NCBI GenBank assembly: GCA_036867785.1
Contig: CP145426.1
Coordinates: 62,001 to 126,000 of the forward strand
Direction: 5' to 3'
DNA length: 64,000 bases
Source: Plasmodiophora brassicae
Taxonomy: Eukaryota
This document shows, piece by piece, positions 38,284-48,997 of this stretch (positions within the stretch are counted from its first letter, which is position 1; each line of letters begins with the position of its first letter). Position numbers and translations under genes: made by a program. The notes under the pieces are model-generated. The model made no database searches. It had not been told where the DNA came from and saw nothing but the letters and a program-made list of their open reading frames with translations.

Positions 38284-39148
38284 TTAATTACAAAGGCGAC
38301 AGGACCATTTCTGGCACCAATGCGTTAGTCTTAGGGCGAAGGGCCCACGACGTCGATTCTGCCTGATCAGCGTCACGAAGTCGAGACAGCCCCGCCCGCA
38401 CGCTTGGTCCAAGGATGTATGCCCATGACGGTCTCTGGCGTCGACGTCGATCCCGGGGGTGCTCAGCAGCAACAGGACAACGTGACGATACTGCTCGTTT
38501 ACGGCCCAGTGCAGAGGCGTTCGCAGGTTGCGATCGCGCGCGTTGACGTTGGTTCCAGGCGCACTGAGTAGCAACTCGACAGTACGGCCGTCGCCCACCA
38601 TGATGGCCATATGCAACGGCGTCCAGTGGTGATACTGCAGGCCTGCGTTGACATCGATCCCGGGTGCGTTCACCAACAGCACGACCACATGTACATGCCC
38701 TCGAAGTGCGGCCATGTGCAGAGGCGTCCGCTGGCGCGTGCGGCAGTCCTTCGCATTGACATCCACGCCAGGGACATGCAGCAGGGTCTCGACGACCAGT
38801 TTGTCTCCTTCCCATGCGGCCCAGTGCAGGACGTTGCCACAGATATCCGCCCATGGCGTATCGTTCACCATGCTGACGTTGCCATCTCCGAATACCGGCG
38901 TACTCAACAGTAACGTGACGGCCTGAATGCGTCCATATATACAGCCGCCACATGCAATGGCGTCCAGTCGTACACCTTGATGTTGTTGGAATTGACGTTG
39001 ATCGCAGGGACCTGAAGCAGCACCTGGCGAATGTCGACCCCGCCTGGGTCACACGCGGCCCAGGAACGGTGCTGACCAGGCTCGAATTGCCACCGAAGAC
39101 GATCAGTCCAGGGATTTGCCTAGCGCTTATGTCAACCCGTCCGCCCAT
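38284..39148 (-). pseudogene. Ankyrin gene remnant or chimera: intact C-terminal ankyrin ORF preceded by a frameshifted ankyrin fragment
   Basis: 38284-38907 encodes clean ankyrins. Upstream, IVFGGNSSLV and YDWTPLHVAA lie in different frames. No signal peptide or SKP1 exon; the region abuts the GRWD1 duplicate. Confidence 0.65.
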
Positions 39149-40450
39149 GTTTCGCGTCCCATTTGTGAACGTGGCCCAGGGTCGCCCAAGGTGCCAGCAT
39201 GGCAGTCACTTCCGGGCAAGAACGCAGACGGTTGACACCACCTGGATGCGCGAATTCCCGATCTTCCCGGCTGAGGATGATGACGCGACTCGCAACGTTA
39301 GGGGAACCACTACGGTCGGCAACGCGCGGTGGTTTTCAATACATAAGTGTACACCACGTTTCCACCCTGGAAGGATCGTCGCCCAACGCCGTCTTCGACC
39401 GAAAGCCCATGTTCACGATCGCCGGCCACTCGGCGGAAGGGTTCGCTGTGGTCCCCTGTCGTCGCACGGTGCCTGACGACCGGAGACGTCTGAAACTGAG
39501 GCATTCACGTCTGGGAACCGCATGAATCCACCTGGAACGTGTCGTCGACCGCGTACAATGGCCACGCCAGATCGGTGGAAGACATTCAGTGGTCCCCGTC
39601 CGGACAGGGCGTCTTCGCGTCGTGCTCCGTCGACAGAAGATGCGTTTGGTGCCTGCGAGTCCGTCTGACAGACGCTTGACCATTTAGCATTCGGATATGT
39701 GGGGCACGAGGACGCAGCAGAAGTCGATGTAAACGATGCGCACGCCGGCGACGTCAATGTGATCTCGTGGAACGGAACGGTGCCGCACCTGATGGCGTCG
39801 GGCAGCGACGACGGGTCGTTCAAGGTCTGGGACCTGCGCGCCTTCAAGTCGGGACGCGCCGCCGGGTTCTTCCAGTGGCACGACAAGCCGATCGCGCACG
39901 GCGATCCAGTGGCACCTGACGCAGGATTCCGCCCTGGGCGTCACGTCGGAAGACGACAGTTGCACGATCTGGGGCATGTGATCGGTCGAGCTGGACCGGG
40001 AGGAGATGGCGTTGCGGCCGGGTGCTGGTGGCGCCGATCTCGGCGGCGTCGACATCCCACAGCTGGTCTTCGTGCACCGTAGTCAGACCCAATTAAGGTC
40101 GGCACCGTTCTCGCATTCGCTGACGGGGCATCGCTTCTGACGCAATCGACAGGATCTGCGATTCCATCCACAGGTCCCGTCCCTTATCGCAACGACCGAG
40201 TCCGACGCGCGGGTTCAACTTCTTCAAACCGGACAACCTCGATGCCCCCTGATTTATACAAAGCGACTGTCTGTCCCGTAGTCGGCGGCCAGACAGCGTG
40301 CGCCCTTACTCCCAATGCACAGTCGACGTCGACGTTGCCGATCCGAGAGATGGCCAAACTATGGGGTCGGTCGCCTCACACGAGCACGATTCGCTTTGTG
40401 CCGGCGGGTTCGTTGCGCCGAGTGCCACTGTCCACGACCAAGTCGAACAG
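39149..40450 (+). pseudogene. Degraded, intron-retaining duplicate of the GRWD1 3' half and downstream DNA
   Basis: 39351-40280 is the reverse complement of ~49908-48970 (AHAGDVNVISWNGTVPHLMASGSDDGSFKVWDLR) with frameshifts. 39149-39270 matches ~49907-50030 in direct orientation. Confidence 0.9.
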
Positions 40451-41058
40451 GAACTGACCCTAGATATGTCGTAGCAGACAGCGCAGACGAACGTGCCACG
40501 TAACTCGCACAAGGGAATCAAGGCGGTCCAACGTCGGTGCCGTCGCCGGCGTACGACCAATTGTCCGCGGTGCACCTGCGAACGAAATCGACCAGGTCGC
40601 CGAACGTGCACAGCCCTGAGCTAAACGCCGCCCATCATGACTCATTCGTGCCGGGCGCTGGCAGCCAGTTCGACGCGCCGGAGCGCTGCCAGTGTATCGC
40701 CTGCGACCCGTACCTGATCGTCGAACGCGCAGGCGCCCTAGCGCCACCAGGTACAGAACTGGACTGTGGCTTACAGCAATCGGTAACGTAACAGGGCGAA
40801 AGGGAGTTTCCAAATATGTTTCTATGATCGCATTTGATGTCCACAACGAGGCGTCCCTGTTGCGGACTGACTGTCCCTTGGTTTGGCAGCAAAACAGCGC
40901 AGAGCGTCGTCGCGGCCAAGTGGCAGATCAAAGTGGTCCAAGTATAGGAACAGCCAGTGGCGATTGTCAACTTTGGACGCCCAAATAGCACTTAACGGTA
41001 ACTTGCCCTTCGCCGCGGACCGCCCGCCCATCACTTAAGCAAAGGCGTCGTCGTCGTG

Positions 41059-41628
41059 ATGGGATGTTCAGCGAAGGCGCAGAAGGTTGCGAAGTGGTTC
41101 TTCATCGTCATTGTGGTCGCGGTGCTCGTCTTCGCAATAACGGACTCGGCGTTGAAGTCGAAACGTCGATCTGCCTCGGCTAATGGCAGACCTCCCATTG
41201 AAATCGATGACGAATGGTTTCAGCATTTCCGAGATCGGGCGTCGCACGGGCATCGACGTGGGCGGTTCCCTGATAAGGTCCCGGCGACACCCACACCGCA
41301 GACCAACGAGGCGCAGAATACGTACCAGCAAGTAATGGCGGCTGACAAGGCCAGTAACTCCATGTCGGAATTGCACGCCGTGTTCCTGGACGGGATCGAG
41401 CGCGGCGCAGACCTCAACTTGGTGAAATGGTCAGAAGACATGACTCTGGAGGAACTTTGCCAGTTCATTGCAGGAAAACCAGGTGTCAAGTATACGAAAA
41501 CCGCTATGCTGGTACACCCGGACCGGTTCGATAGAGATGGATTCCCTGAGAACGAAAGGAAATTCCGGTGCGAGCTCTTCAAAGCGCTGTCGGTCAAGAA
41601 TGAGCAGCACCTGGAACAGCAACGTTGA
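41059..41628 (+). CDS. Small membrane-anchored protein with C-terminal HPD J-domain-like segment, copy 1
   Basis: MGC start; TM WFFIVIVVAVLVFAI; KYTKTAMLVHPDRF...ELFKALS. Confidence 0.7.
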   Translation: MGCSAKAQKVAKWFFIVIVVAVLVFAITDSALKSKRRSASANGRPPIEIDDEWFQHFRDRASHGHRRGRFPDKVPATPTPQTNEAQNTYQQVMAADKASNSMSELHAVFLDGIERGADLNLVKWSEDMTLEELCQFIAGKPGVKYTKTAMLVHPDRFDRDGFPENERKFRCELFKALSVKNEQHLEQQR

Positions 41629-43313
41629 CATCCATAAACGAAACATGATTTTGGGCAGCATTCGCGATATCAGGCCAAGTATCGTTCATGAGCCGACTCT
41701 GAAAACGTGCTGACGGCGGCAATGGGACAGCCCGACGAGCAGTGGCGCAGCCCGCTAGGGTGCATGTGCCGTATGCGTGCCGCGCTTGCACTGACAACGG
41801 TAGCTGGTACACCGCACATGGGTGGCAACGCGGTCCCCGAGACGTCCAGGCTGACACGCGCCGAATTCCAAGTGCTGTCAGGGCTGCTTTGGAGGATGCT
41901 GGGATTTAGGGCCAATGGAATACTTGCTGGGGCAAACAAATTAAGTACGCCGCCAGCGTCTAGGCGCCATCCACCCGACACCCGGGGCTCTCTGTCAGGA
42001 TGCGTCCGCTTGCGCGGGCCTGATAAACGAACTCCTCCACCGCCAGGTTCAAGCCGGCTAATCCAGGCGATAACTATGAGCGCGACTTCTGACCTACGCG
42101 AGCCTTCAGACTCCTGGTCGCTGTCGGTGAGCGCCTGGCCACTCGGGAGACGTCGTCGCCTCCGCCCTGTGATGTCGTGTTCGTTCTGATGAGCAGGGCC
42201 GTTGGATGATCCATGTGATGCAATATTGCTCGCCCTAATGTCCAATTTGATCACCTCCACTTCGTTCGTGCATGTGACCATCGTTTCCGGCAGCGTCGAC
42301 GCGCCATTCAGCTCCAGACTCTGGCAGCACGGGTCAGCGACAACGTTCACGGTCGCCATTGACCAGAATGCCAGAGCGCCGCGAAGGCATGTCAACGCCA
42401 AACCGGGCTTGCTTCGCCATATTGTCGTACGTCTCGTTTAGGCAAATGGAAGAGTCCCGAACCATGCACTGCCCGTCTCAATTTCGGCAGATGGGATCGG
42501 GACTTGGACTAGAGAAGATGCCAGTCCTAGCGTAGCCACGGGCCGGGGTCCCGAGCCGCGAGTGCTGCATGCCGACTTTGTGTGCAGGCCGCGCTGGGAC
42601 GGGTAGCGCGACCCGGACTTTGGACTGCTTGAGTACACCAGACGTCGGCGCGTTCGAATAGCGGGCAATGCTGTTTGGGCAATGTACAGTCCTCCGCACT
42701 GCTGCATTTGCCAGCGCGCTCGCTCAAACGTTCCGAGCATTGGTGGTGGGGATGCGATGTCGCCGCATCTTCCATATCACCGTACCACCCACAACAACTT
42801 CGCCGGCGCTCGCGCCCGCTGATCCTTCACCGGCCACGCGGCGCCAGGGCAGAGAGTGCGCGATTAGTGCTGACCTGAGCGGGCGGCAGAACTAACTCAA
42901 AAGTAAACACGGGACGACGCCAAGAGGGGGTTCAATCATATGTGATCGAACTTAACACCCACAACGAGGTGTCCCTGTCACGGACGATTGACTCTTGGTA
43001 GTCAGATAGCGGTGTGCGCTGGCAAGTTCTCTCGGCCGTCGAACGATAGTTCGGTGAGATCGAACTCCGTGGACCGATGCATCGTTCTAAGAATGGAACG
43101 TGGTTGGTGTGCCATATTCTGATATTCTGGTTATAGCGCCATTTGCGGAGCAAGGGTGGTTGATACCCGAACGTTGTGAGTAAAATGATTCATTCTCTTT
43201 TCGACGTATCCAATCACACATCCGAGTTTAGGTCGCATCTTGCGCACACCTTTCGAACTGTCCCATCGTCACGGGCCGGCCTTTCGACCATTCAGCAAAG
43301 GCGTTGAGTCGTA

Positions 43314-43883
43314 ATGGGATGCGCAGCGAAGGCGTTTCAGACTGTCAAACGGTTCTGGATCTTAATGTTGGTCATGGGGGCCGTGACTGTAATAATTACG
43401 CTCGTGTTGCTGGGGTCAAAACGACCTGCCTCGGCTGGCGGCAAGTCCCGTCCCTACGACGACGAATGGTATCAGAAGAGCCGTTCACAAGAGCAGAGGT
43501 ACCAACAAAATGGACATCGGCGGCGTGAACGGCTATTTCATCGACAGCAGACCAGCGGGGCCGAGAAGACTTACCGGCAAGTAATGGCAGCTGCCAAGGC
43601 CAGCAAGTCCATGTCGAAATTGCACGCCGTGTTCCTGGATGGGGTCGCTCGCGGCGCGCGCCTCAACTTAAAGGAATGGTCGCGATCCATGACTCTGGAG
43701 GAGCTTTGCCAGTTCATTGCAGGAAAGCCGGGTGCCAAGTATAGACAAACAACTCTGCTGGTACACCCGGACAAGTTTGATGCGAAGCGAGTCCCTGAAA
43801 ACGAAAGGGAATTCCGAACCGAGCTTTTCGAAGTACTGTCGGCCAAGAAGAAGGAGCAGGAACAGTCGGGTCGACACCCATAA
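43314..43883 (+). CDS. Small membrane-anchored protein with C-terminal HPD J-domain-like segment, copy 2
   Basis: MGC start; TM FWILMLVMGAVTVIITLVLLG; KYRQTTLLVHPDKF...ELFEVLS; paralog of 41059-41628. Confidence 0.7.
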   Translation: MGCAAKAFQTVKRFWILMLVMGAVTVIITLVLLGSKRPASAGGKSRPYDDEWYQKSRSQEQRYQQNGHRRRERLFHRQQTSGAEKTYRQVMAAAKASKSMSKLHAVFLDGVARGARLNLKEWSRSMTLEELCQFIAGKPGAKYRQTTLLVHPDKFDAKRVPENEREFRTELFEVLSAKKKEQEQSGRHP

Positions 43884-44122
43884 ACGAATGATATCGGGAC
43901 TTCATGTCAACACGTTTTCGGGAGGCGATCGCAATATTCGATCCACGAATTCGAATTCACCGTCGAATGCCATCGTTTCATGGCCGGCATTGAAAATTTG
44001 TTGCCGGCAGAACCCGCTGCGAGTGAGGTCCTACTGGGACGTGACCTATTTTTGCCCTACGAACATCGGTGGCGCAGCCCAGCCTGTCGAGTGCGCGTTT
44101 CGCGTTTGCGCATCGACCGCAC

Positions 44123-45298
44123 ATGGGCGGCAACGCGTTCCCGGAGACGTCCAGGCTGACCCGCGCTGAGTTCCTGCGTGTTTCAAGCGCTGTCAGGGCT
44201 GCCTTGGAGAATGCTGGGCTAGTCGTACGAACGAACGCACAAGATTCAGATTGTTTGCATGTCTTCCGGTCTGACATGAAACGACAGGTTCGTCAGCCGC
44301 CGGAAGTATCTGACAAGGCCGATTTTGGCGATGTCGATTTCTACGTGTCTGCTGATTCGGCAGAGGTGCTTCGCAATTTATTACCAGCGATGAAGAGCGC
44401 TGTCGTCGAGGCCGTTGGCGGCGACGTGCAGCATGCAGGGATCGTTCGATGTGGTCGTACGGTTTCATTCCTGACAAAGGAACGTTACCAGGTTGACGTT
44501 GCTCTTATCCATGACCCAGACCTGTTACCATTGGTAACAAGCGTCAAGTCCAACGGCGATTTCGTCTGGCTGCTTCAGAAATCACTGTCGGTCTATAACC
44601 TCCTCCTGTCCGACAAAGGATTATTTCTAGTCGACAGTACTGTGGCAGTACGGCTGTCAGACGAGATGAATGAGCTTGACGATGGCGTTTCTAATATTCA
44701 GTTGTCCAAGAAGGACGGCAGTTTCCTTTTATCGATTGACCCTGTGATGATCGCTGAATTCGTCGGCCTGCCTCCTCGTGCGTTCGACGGCTGTACACCC
44801 TTGTCCAGTATCGAAATGTTCGACATTGTGCACAGGGCACGGTACTTCCATCCAAAGGCGCTGCAGTCTTGGTCTGAACAGAAGAGCAGTGATATGAGGC
44901 GTCGAATGAGGCGACGGCCGCTGATCGTCCAGTACATACAGTACGTTTCCCAGGAAGCAACACATCCGCCATACGATGCATACGGCATTGAACAAGTCAA
45001 GCAGATGGCGCTGAACCATTTCGACAAACAGGACTCCTATGCAAGGCACCTGTCTCTCATCAGGCAACGCGCAATGGACGACCGCGCGCGCCAGCTTTGC
45101 AAGCCATATATTAATGGCCCACTCCTGCAGCAATGGATCCCTGGATTAAAAGGTGCCGACGTAGGACGCGTTCTGCAAGCCACGCGGGAAGCACACGGCC
45201 CCGACTGGCCTCGGTTTCATGCCTGGCTTAGGGCCCAAACTGCAGATGCCATTAGACAAGCCGCTGTTGAAATCGCATATAAAACCGTTGACCAATGA
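44123..45298 (+). CDS. Intronless Pol-beta-superfamily nucleotidyltransferase-like protein
   Basis: MGGNAF start; KADFGDVDFYV (G-D-x-D); RYQVDVAL (third Asp); C-terminal INGPLL...GLKGADVGRVL. Confidence 0.7.
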   Translation: MGGNAFPETSRLTRAEFLRVSSAVRAALENAGLVVRTNAQDSDCLHVFRSDMKRQVRQPPEVSDKADFGDVDFYVSADSAEVLRNLLPAMKSAVVEAVGGDVQHAGIVRCGRTVSFLTKERYQVDVALIHDPDLLPLVTSVKSNGDFVWLLQKSLSVYNLLLSDKGLFLVDSTVAVRLSDEMNELDDGVSNIQLSKKDGSFLLSIDPVMIAEFVGLPPRAFDGCTPLSSIEMFDIVHRARYFHPKALQSWSEQKSSDMRRRMRRRPLIVQYIQYVSQEATHPPYDAYGIEQVKQMALNHFDKQDSYARHLSLIRQRAMDDRARQLCKPYINGPLLQQWIPGLKGADVGRVLQATREAHGPDWPRFHAWLRAQTADAIRQAAVEIAYKTVDQ

Positions 45299-46318
45299 AA
45301 ACGTATTCGCCGCCGTTTGTCATGATGATAACGAGACATGTTGGCTGGTCAGTCACTTCGTCATGCATTCGGACAAGGCGTTGTACTTCCGGAGACGCGA
45401 ACATAAGCGCCCCATACTTGAAGGACCGATGCGCGAATCGTCTGCGATTTCCGCACTGGTTATTAGTTCGTACGTCTATGCATTGCTTGCCGTTCTGGCC
45501 GATGTAGCCTGTAGCATATACTAACTCAACCTAATCCCCTTCAGAACTTTGCTTACCGATTCGAGCGATACGTCGACGACCCCGTGTCGGCCTCGGGACC
45601 TGGCTGAAGATGGGTCTCCGGCCGAATTAATTTTAACCATTAGCGTCCCGACACGTACATTTCGCAGCCGTCGGCAGAACTCAGTACGTAATGGGCCGCC
45701 GAATATTGGACAGCATCATGAACGCGGCTATTATGAACTTGTTTAAAATTTGCTTCGCTTCGTGCACATTAATGGAACAAGGCCCTGGCTTCTGCCCCGA
45801 GTAAACACATTGGGGATAACGTGTTGGTCCTGAACTACGTACTGTCCTGTACTACGTAGCGTTAGTCGACCCCGGGGGTGTGCCAGCGCGTCACCTTGAC
45901 GAAGTAACGGCAAGTCCAGTTAGCGACGCCTTCACGTTTTGTCATGAATGATCCCGGGAGTTTTCGATCAGCGGCCATTCTGGCGACTGTACCCTCAGTA
46001 CCGCCAGTCAACGTCCCACGAGAGTATGACAGCGTGTCGACGAGAACCGCTACGATCATTGTTCACCAACATAATTGCTGGCTGAGCGCCGCACGCCGCT
46101 CAGAAGGCGGTCACGAAGCGGGACATTTGGTTGACGAGGGCTCCGAAACCAATACGCTCCAATTCTCTCTATACCAGATATGTCCAAGGGGAACGTCGTA
46201 TAGACCGCGTGCCGTGTGCCTCTGGACAGTCGGAAGTGCTGTGCAGACCCGGAACCACGCGCGCAGTTCGAGATTCCAGGATTATATATACTACCAGGTA
46301 CTGATCAGACAGGCCCAA

Positions 46319-46900
46319 ATGCCGACTGGCACTCGCGTGTGTGTACTGTACGGGACGGCGCTTCTCCTGGTCGTCGCCATCATCGGCGCCGACACTGTCG
46401 TACTGCGATCCAATGACGGCTTCAGCTATAACGTCGACATGTTATACGGCCATCGAACACACTCCCGTGTTGAAGTTCGTGTTCGTTGACACTGCCCACG
46501 ACGTCGGTGCCATTCCATTGCCCAGCGCCGCCAATGCCGAACTGCAGGTGATCGTCGGGTTCTTGAACGCCATTGCGGAGCATAATATAATCAGGTACTC
46601 TCCTGTGTTTCCGATATCTGTTTATTTCACAATCGGTCATGCCTCTTTGGTAGGGTATTATTCACGCGCGTAAATTCGTCCAGGACGAGGCGTCCACGAT
46701 GGGACTCCTGGAGTTGTGCCGGCTGCTAACAGCGGACCACTGCCTGGCGATGCGTTGTCTAGCGAGAGCGATCATAGGGATATAAAGCACACCCGGCCGG
46801 ATATCGCTTCCATACGCGCCGTCGTCGGCAGTGACACATTGTGCTTCGCAATTGCCAGTCTGCCGTTCATCGTCCACCTCAACCGGGTGATGCATTGCTT
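46319..46900 (+). pseudogene. Frameshifted signal peptide + SKP1/BTB-like gene; ankyrin part missing
   Basis: ALLLVVAIIGADTVVLRSNDG, then a frameshift to TAIEHTPVLKFVF...IPLPSAANAELQVIVGF, then ELCRLLTADHCLAM followed by a stop or frameshift. Confidence 0.75.
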
Positions 46901-47489
46901 GCCAATTTGGCAGGTGCAGCCGGGTAGCACATAACTAACTCAACCGTTACCGTTAAGAATTTGAATCGGGGGTATGCCGCACGCATTGCCCCGGCATGTT
47001 TCGTTGTCGTTCGATTGTATTGGCACATGGACGGTAGGCTGAACCGCTGAACAACGTCGGTACCACAATGTACACCGTCCCCGCTATGACATGCAGGCAG
47101 CAGCAGCCTCCATACCTTCAGGAAGACATGGAACCTGTCATCGATGAGGCAGACGCGACGCTGCCCAGGCGACGTCTGATATGTAGACAGACGCATGTTA
47201 CCGTAACCATGAACGCGCATGAACTGATCCGGTGGATGGAAATATGAGGTTCGCACAGACACCTATCTGTCCGACACCCAGGCATCGACAGAAGGCAGAG
47301 GAATCAAGAGAACAAAGATGGCCGACAGAGGCACACGGGGCGATTGCTATGGTCCAGTGACGTGAGGCCCGTCTGATGGTATACATACTGCCTCCTCCAT
47401 GACTTCTGCTCCCCCAAGTTCGAAACGGTGGCAGCGACGTTGCTACCCCAAAGTGGCCACTCGTTCGTTATTTATATACATATTGGTTT

Positions 47490-48341
47490 CTAGGTTTTAA
47501 TATGGGGCGGATCAGGTGGCTGGGACCCGTGAGCATTCCTTATGACGGTTGTCGAGAGAGTGTGCGGGGAAATGGGGATCAGGACGGTATGATCCGCGAG
47601 ATACGCGTGACTCAAAGTGTAGAAGTTCCCAGGACTCTCAATAACGTCACTTGTGAATTGCGCAGGCAAATAAAACCCGTTCACACCGTTCCAGTCTACC
47701 AACGTCAGCCGGTGGACTTTTGAATGCTGCTGAGCCGTGAACTCGTAAGTGAATCGCAACCCATTGGTGAGCAGCTCTTCGAAGCTGCTTCCTGCGTCGC
47801 CGACGATGCGTCTGCCCTGCAACATTTTACCGGCCTTGGGCGGAGTGTTGATCTCTGGAATCTTGCGGGTTTTGTTAGCAGGTGCACCGGTGCAGATTTG
47901 GCGCAAGATATGTAAGCAATAGGTTGTCAGCGCGTGCCCGATTTCATGCAGGCCCTTGACGAACAGGAGGGTCTTGAGCTCGTTGATGGCCACATCAGTC
48001 ACGATCGCATCTTGAAGAGACAGCAGTACGCAGATCATGCTGTTGTCGATCGTAATGGCCCCACTTTGAACATCATATTCACTAAACTTGTTCCTCAGAA
48101 AATTCCAGTGAATCGTATCAGGAATCGCGCACTGCCACGAGATATCGGTGACGACAGCGGCGCGTGCGGCACCGGCCACAGGCGCCAAGTCGAGTGCGCG
48201 TGCGAACGCCATCACCTGGTCGGCAAGCAGTTCGACCATGTCGGGGCTATTGACGGCTTCTTCGATCATGGTGACGACACCGGTCTGCAGTTCAGCCACA
48301 TCGTCGTTCACGAGGACGTTGTGCGAGACGAGCCGCAACAT
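47490..48341 (-). CDS. Intronless HEXXH zincin-like metallopeptidase
   Basis: LFVKGLHEIGHALT followed by TPP...GDAGSSFEELL; 283-aa ORF. Confidence 0.65.
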   Translation of the reverse strand: MLRLVSHNVLVNDDVAELQTGVVTMIEEAVNSPDMVELLADQVMAFARALDLAPVAGAARAAVVTDISWQCAIPDTIHWNFLRNKFSEYDVQSGAITIDNSMICVLLSLQDAIVTDVAINELKTLLFVKGLHEIGHALTTYCLHILRQICTGAPANKTRKIPEINTPPKAGKMLQGRRIVGDAGSSFEELLTNGLRFTYEFTAQQHSKVHRLTLVDWNGVNGFYLPAQFTSDVIESPGNFYTLSHAYLADHTVLIPISPHTLSTTVIRNAHGSQPPDPPHIKT

Positions 48342-48997
48342 CGGCCAACACGGACTATACTTAACTGGGACACTAAGTGCATGATGGACGTTCGAAAGAT
48401 GCTCGCAAGATGCGCTGGTCGATCACATACGAGTGACCTCCCCCCGCGCCGGCAGTGTAGGATGTTGCCGATGGCAGAGTGGACGTCGTCGTCGGGTCGT
48501 TAGCCGCGGCCACGGGCGATGGGTGGCCTGCGCCCTGCTCGACGACCAACAGTGTAGGCAAACGCCGCTCACCAGGCAGACGGGGCGCTCGGCCGGCAAG
48601 ACTTCTGTTTGGGCGGCCCACCATAACCGCATGGTGCAGGGCAGGGGGCACGAGACCGGCAGCAGCGAACGGCGGGCCGGACGTCCAGGTCGCCGTCTCA
48701 TCTGAGGAACAGGTCGACGCGATGCTTGCCCTGCCCCACCTACACAGGATGTCCAGGCTCTAACTGCTATGACTGGGCATGATGGGCAGCGTTCGTTTAC
48801 CCCAGGGATCATGGACAATCGACTTTCACTGAAGGACCCTTGAGTGGTCCCGCCTTGACATGGTCGTGGTCGGTGGTGGCGTTCCGGGCTACGAGCGCCG
48901 GCACAAAGCGGACCGTGCATTTGGGGGCGGCCGTCGTTCCAGGACAGCGTTCCGTCTCCACATCTCGATACGGGAACAGACAGCCGGTTTATATAGG

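Noticed and set aside
41670-42401. 243-aa minus-strand ORF as a secreted protein
   Set aside because: Non-ATG start, its 3' part is antisense to the dead NTase fragment, and it has no recognisable motif.
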